Assembly: GCF_001194135.2 (NCBI RefSeq)
Contig: NC_068983.1
Location: 20,668,591 to 20,719,531, forward strand
Source of the DNA: Octopus bimaculoides
Taxonomy: Eukaryota
Reading direction: 5' to 3'
DNA length: 50,941 nucleotides
The notes under the pieces are model-generated. The model made no database searches, was not told the origin of the DNA, and saw only the letters and a program-made list of their open reading frames with translations. Both the position numbers and the translations under genes were made by a program. Shown one piece after another: positions 48,471-50,941 of this stretch (positions are counted from its first letter, which is position 1; each line of letters opens with the position of its first letter).

Positions 48471-49482
48471 GTCATACATAAACAATATATATATTGATTA
48501 TGTATGACTGCACATGTGAAAATACACCTTTACGTCCTATAGATATCTAAGTGTCGCAGGTAGTCCACACTCCCGTGCCGTTGTGTATGTTTGTGGATGA
48601 ATGTAATTGAGTGAAATATTTATTTTTTTCTTAAATCAGTTTGATGTAGAAACTGAAAGATTGATCAAATGGAAAAACATGAGAGAAAGGTAGCAAATGA
48701 AATGCGTGCGTATTGGAAATCTATTGGAAATGAAAATTAATCAATATGTTTCATGGCTTGATTGTTCCTCAGTTAAATATAAGAGACTGAAAATATATAA
48801 AAATCAAAGAAAGTAATATTTAGTTAAAAGGGAAGAAGGTTTTCATTCCTGTTTTAGGTGAACCGAGAAAAAAGAAAAAGATATTTCAAAAACATAGTAA
48901 ATATTTAAGAGTTTCAGGGAGGAGAGAGAGAAAGAGTTGAAATGTGAGAAAGAGGGACAGTGGATAAGTAGGTAGAGACAGAAAGGAGAGTAAGAGGCAC
49001 AGATAGAGAGACAAAGGAAGAAAGCGAATGCAAGAAGGAGAGCTGAAACGGAAAATAAAACAGTGCGGGAGTCGGGTATGTACACAGGAGAGAAATGGTA
49101 AAGTGGAAACGTCAGCGTGTTTCTCTATAGAATTGCATGTTAAATGTAAGAAGTGTTTTAAATGCATTACCAAACAAAACTGGGTTTCCAAACATCAGAA
49201 AAAACGGTGATGAGTGAAAGAGAGAGAGTAGCACGACGGTGTAAGTTAGTAATAAGAAATATTGTGATAGAGAATAGAACAGAAAGAGTGGGTGGAAGAG
49301 AAAGAGGTAGTATTATACCGATATTAAGTAAAGGATAATGTGGTAAAGGAATAACAAAATGGAAGTTATTCTTTCATTCATTATGAAAGCCTGGAGAAGG
49401 CAATCTCAAAGTGGGGGATGAATAATAAACAGATCTCAATTATATTCATTCCTTAATCTTGAAAGAAGTGATAATGTTTTAT

Positions 49483-49576
<94 letters not shown>

Positions 49577-50673
49577 ACATAATTTTGGATAAGTGAATTC
49601 ATTATAATATTCTTCATACCAAAGTATATAAAAAATCATCTTTCACACTGCATGCAAATTACCATAATAATAATAATAATTGGATTTATGATGAAGTTGA
49701 ATCTATATACCAGTGAAAATATGAAACCGACATTATTATAAGTAAAGATAATTCGCATTATGATACACATATTCATGTAATAGTTATGCGAATTATACAA
49801 ATTATTACTAAATTATTTTTGATTGATTGCACGTAAATTTATAAAAATTATCATTCATAGATTGAATTATTGCGTAAAGATGACATTATTATTTGCACAT
49901 AATTGTTTTGTTAAAATTGATTATACGATAATTTAACTTAAATTAATTTTCGATATAACTTAATTTCGATGAATTAAACAAATTTCTTGTGATAAACGGA
50001 TGCCACAGAATGTGCAGCATTTAGTGATTCCAATACTTTTGAGTAACAATGCTAGTCACATACATTTTTAGGTATTATGTCATTCTGTAACCCTTTTGAG
50101 CGTGCGAGTTTTTAAATTCTGATTTCGTTCTTTTTAAGGCAACGCTTGTAATATCATATATATGTGCCGTATTCCTCTTAAAGGTGTGGCACCCTCTAAT
50201 AAACTGACACCCAAACGCCAACCAATTGAAAAAGCGTGACTGTCACAATATTAAAAGAATGAACAATAAAATTGATAATAATTGCCGTATACGTTTATTC
50301 TCATATGGAGAGATGCTGAACAGTACCTATTATATTTTATGTAGTATCTGAGATGTATTTAAAAAAATATTTTTTAGAAGTATTAATAATATCAAATTTT
50401 TGAAAATCATTAGCAAAATCTTAAATGACATAGCATGCAACGAAGAGAAGCCGAAAATGAGTTTGACAAAATTCTCGAAGGCAGTTGTATGCCAAACTAC
50501 CGTCTATTGGGTGATTGACTTCAAAATGAACGTATAAAACGCGATCACCACGCAGATGGCCGCAGTTACCTTACATGTTCATTCGCAACCTGGGCAAATG
50601 TTGTCAGTCACAGTATACTCGACTGTACATTCTGTTGTAGGTCACTGTGTGCCTGGTAGATATAGTGAACACG

Positions 50674-50704
<31 letters not shown>

Positions 50705-50705
50705 C

Positions 50706-50870
50706 GGGGCAGGAGTGATTGTGTGCTAAGTAACTTGCTTACCAACAACACGTTTCTGGATTCAGTCCACTGCGTGGTAGCTTGGGAAAGAAGTGGCTTC
50801 TACTATTGCCGCAGACCGACCAAAGCATTGTGAGCGGATTTGGTAGACGGAAACTGAAAGATGCCCGTGG
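50706..50870 (+). mobile_element. OK-type SINE 5' half; it may continue past the window end
   Basis: gcaggagtgattgtgtgctaagtaacttgcttacc...ggattcagtcc...gaccgaccaaagcattgtgagcggatttggtagacggaaactgaaagatgcccg followed by the internal microsatellite. Confidence 0.85.
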
Positions 50871-50900
50871 TATATATGTGTGTGCGTGTGTACGTACATT

Positions 50901-50941
<41 letters not shown>

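Noticed and set aside
9590-48730. Short local direct repeats (9590-9634, 22930-22952, 34095-34120, 46909-46955, 48710-48731)
   Set aside because: Ordinary slippage duplications of 9-21 bp with no higher-order structure.
260-49639. Most ORFs in the supplied track (YIYI, HTHT, CVCV, RERE, LSIY and X-runs)
   Set aside because: They are translations of microsatellites or N-gaps, not proteins.
50166-50215. pogo/Tc2-like TIR (tgccgtattcctc...gcaccctctaataaa)
   Set aside because: Degenerate, and no matching opposite end was found.

Overview
AT-rich eukaryotic DNA, heavily loaded with microsatellites, with many N-gaps that mostly open or close in (TA)n tracts. The tRNA-derived SINE families and repeat load look like a coleoid cephalopod, most likely an Octopus short-read scaffold; this is my inference from pattern recognition, not a database result. 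I find no intact, recognisable protein-coding gene, rRNA, true tRNA, CRISPR array or prokaryotic system. Nearly all ORFs in the track come from dinucleotide repeats or N-runs. Well-supported content: about 20 SINE copies or fragments from three families (Nin-domain type, long CORE-like 'OK-type', short CORE-like 'OR-type'); a frameshifted Tigger/pogo transposase remnant with CENP-B-type HTH (14292-14892, minus); Tigger, hAT-Charlie and Tc1-like MITEs; a ~255-bp foldback element; a 47-bp minisatellite; and many simple repeats. The most interesting unexplained signals are a possible two-exon gene for a 58-aa secreted four-cysteine peptide (30791-31072), modular tail swapping and repeated head-to-tail dimers among the SINEs, and several candidate orphan exons. 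All exon calls are low confidence without RNA or homology data.
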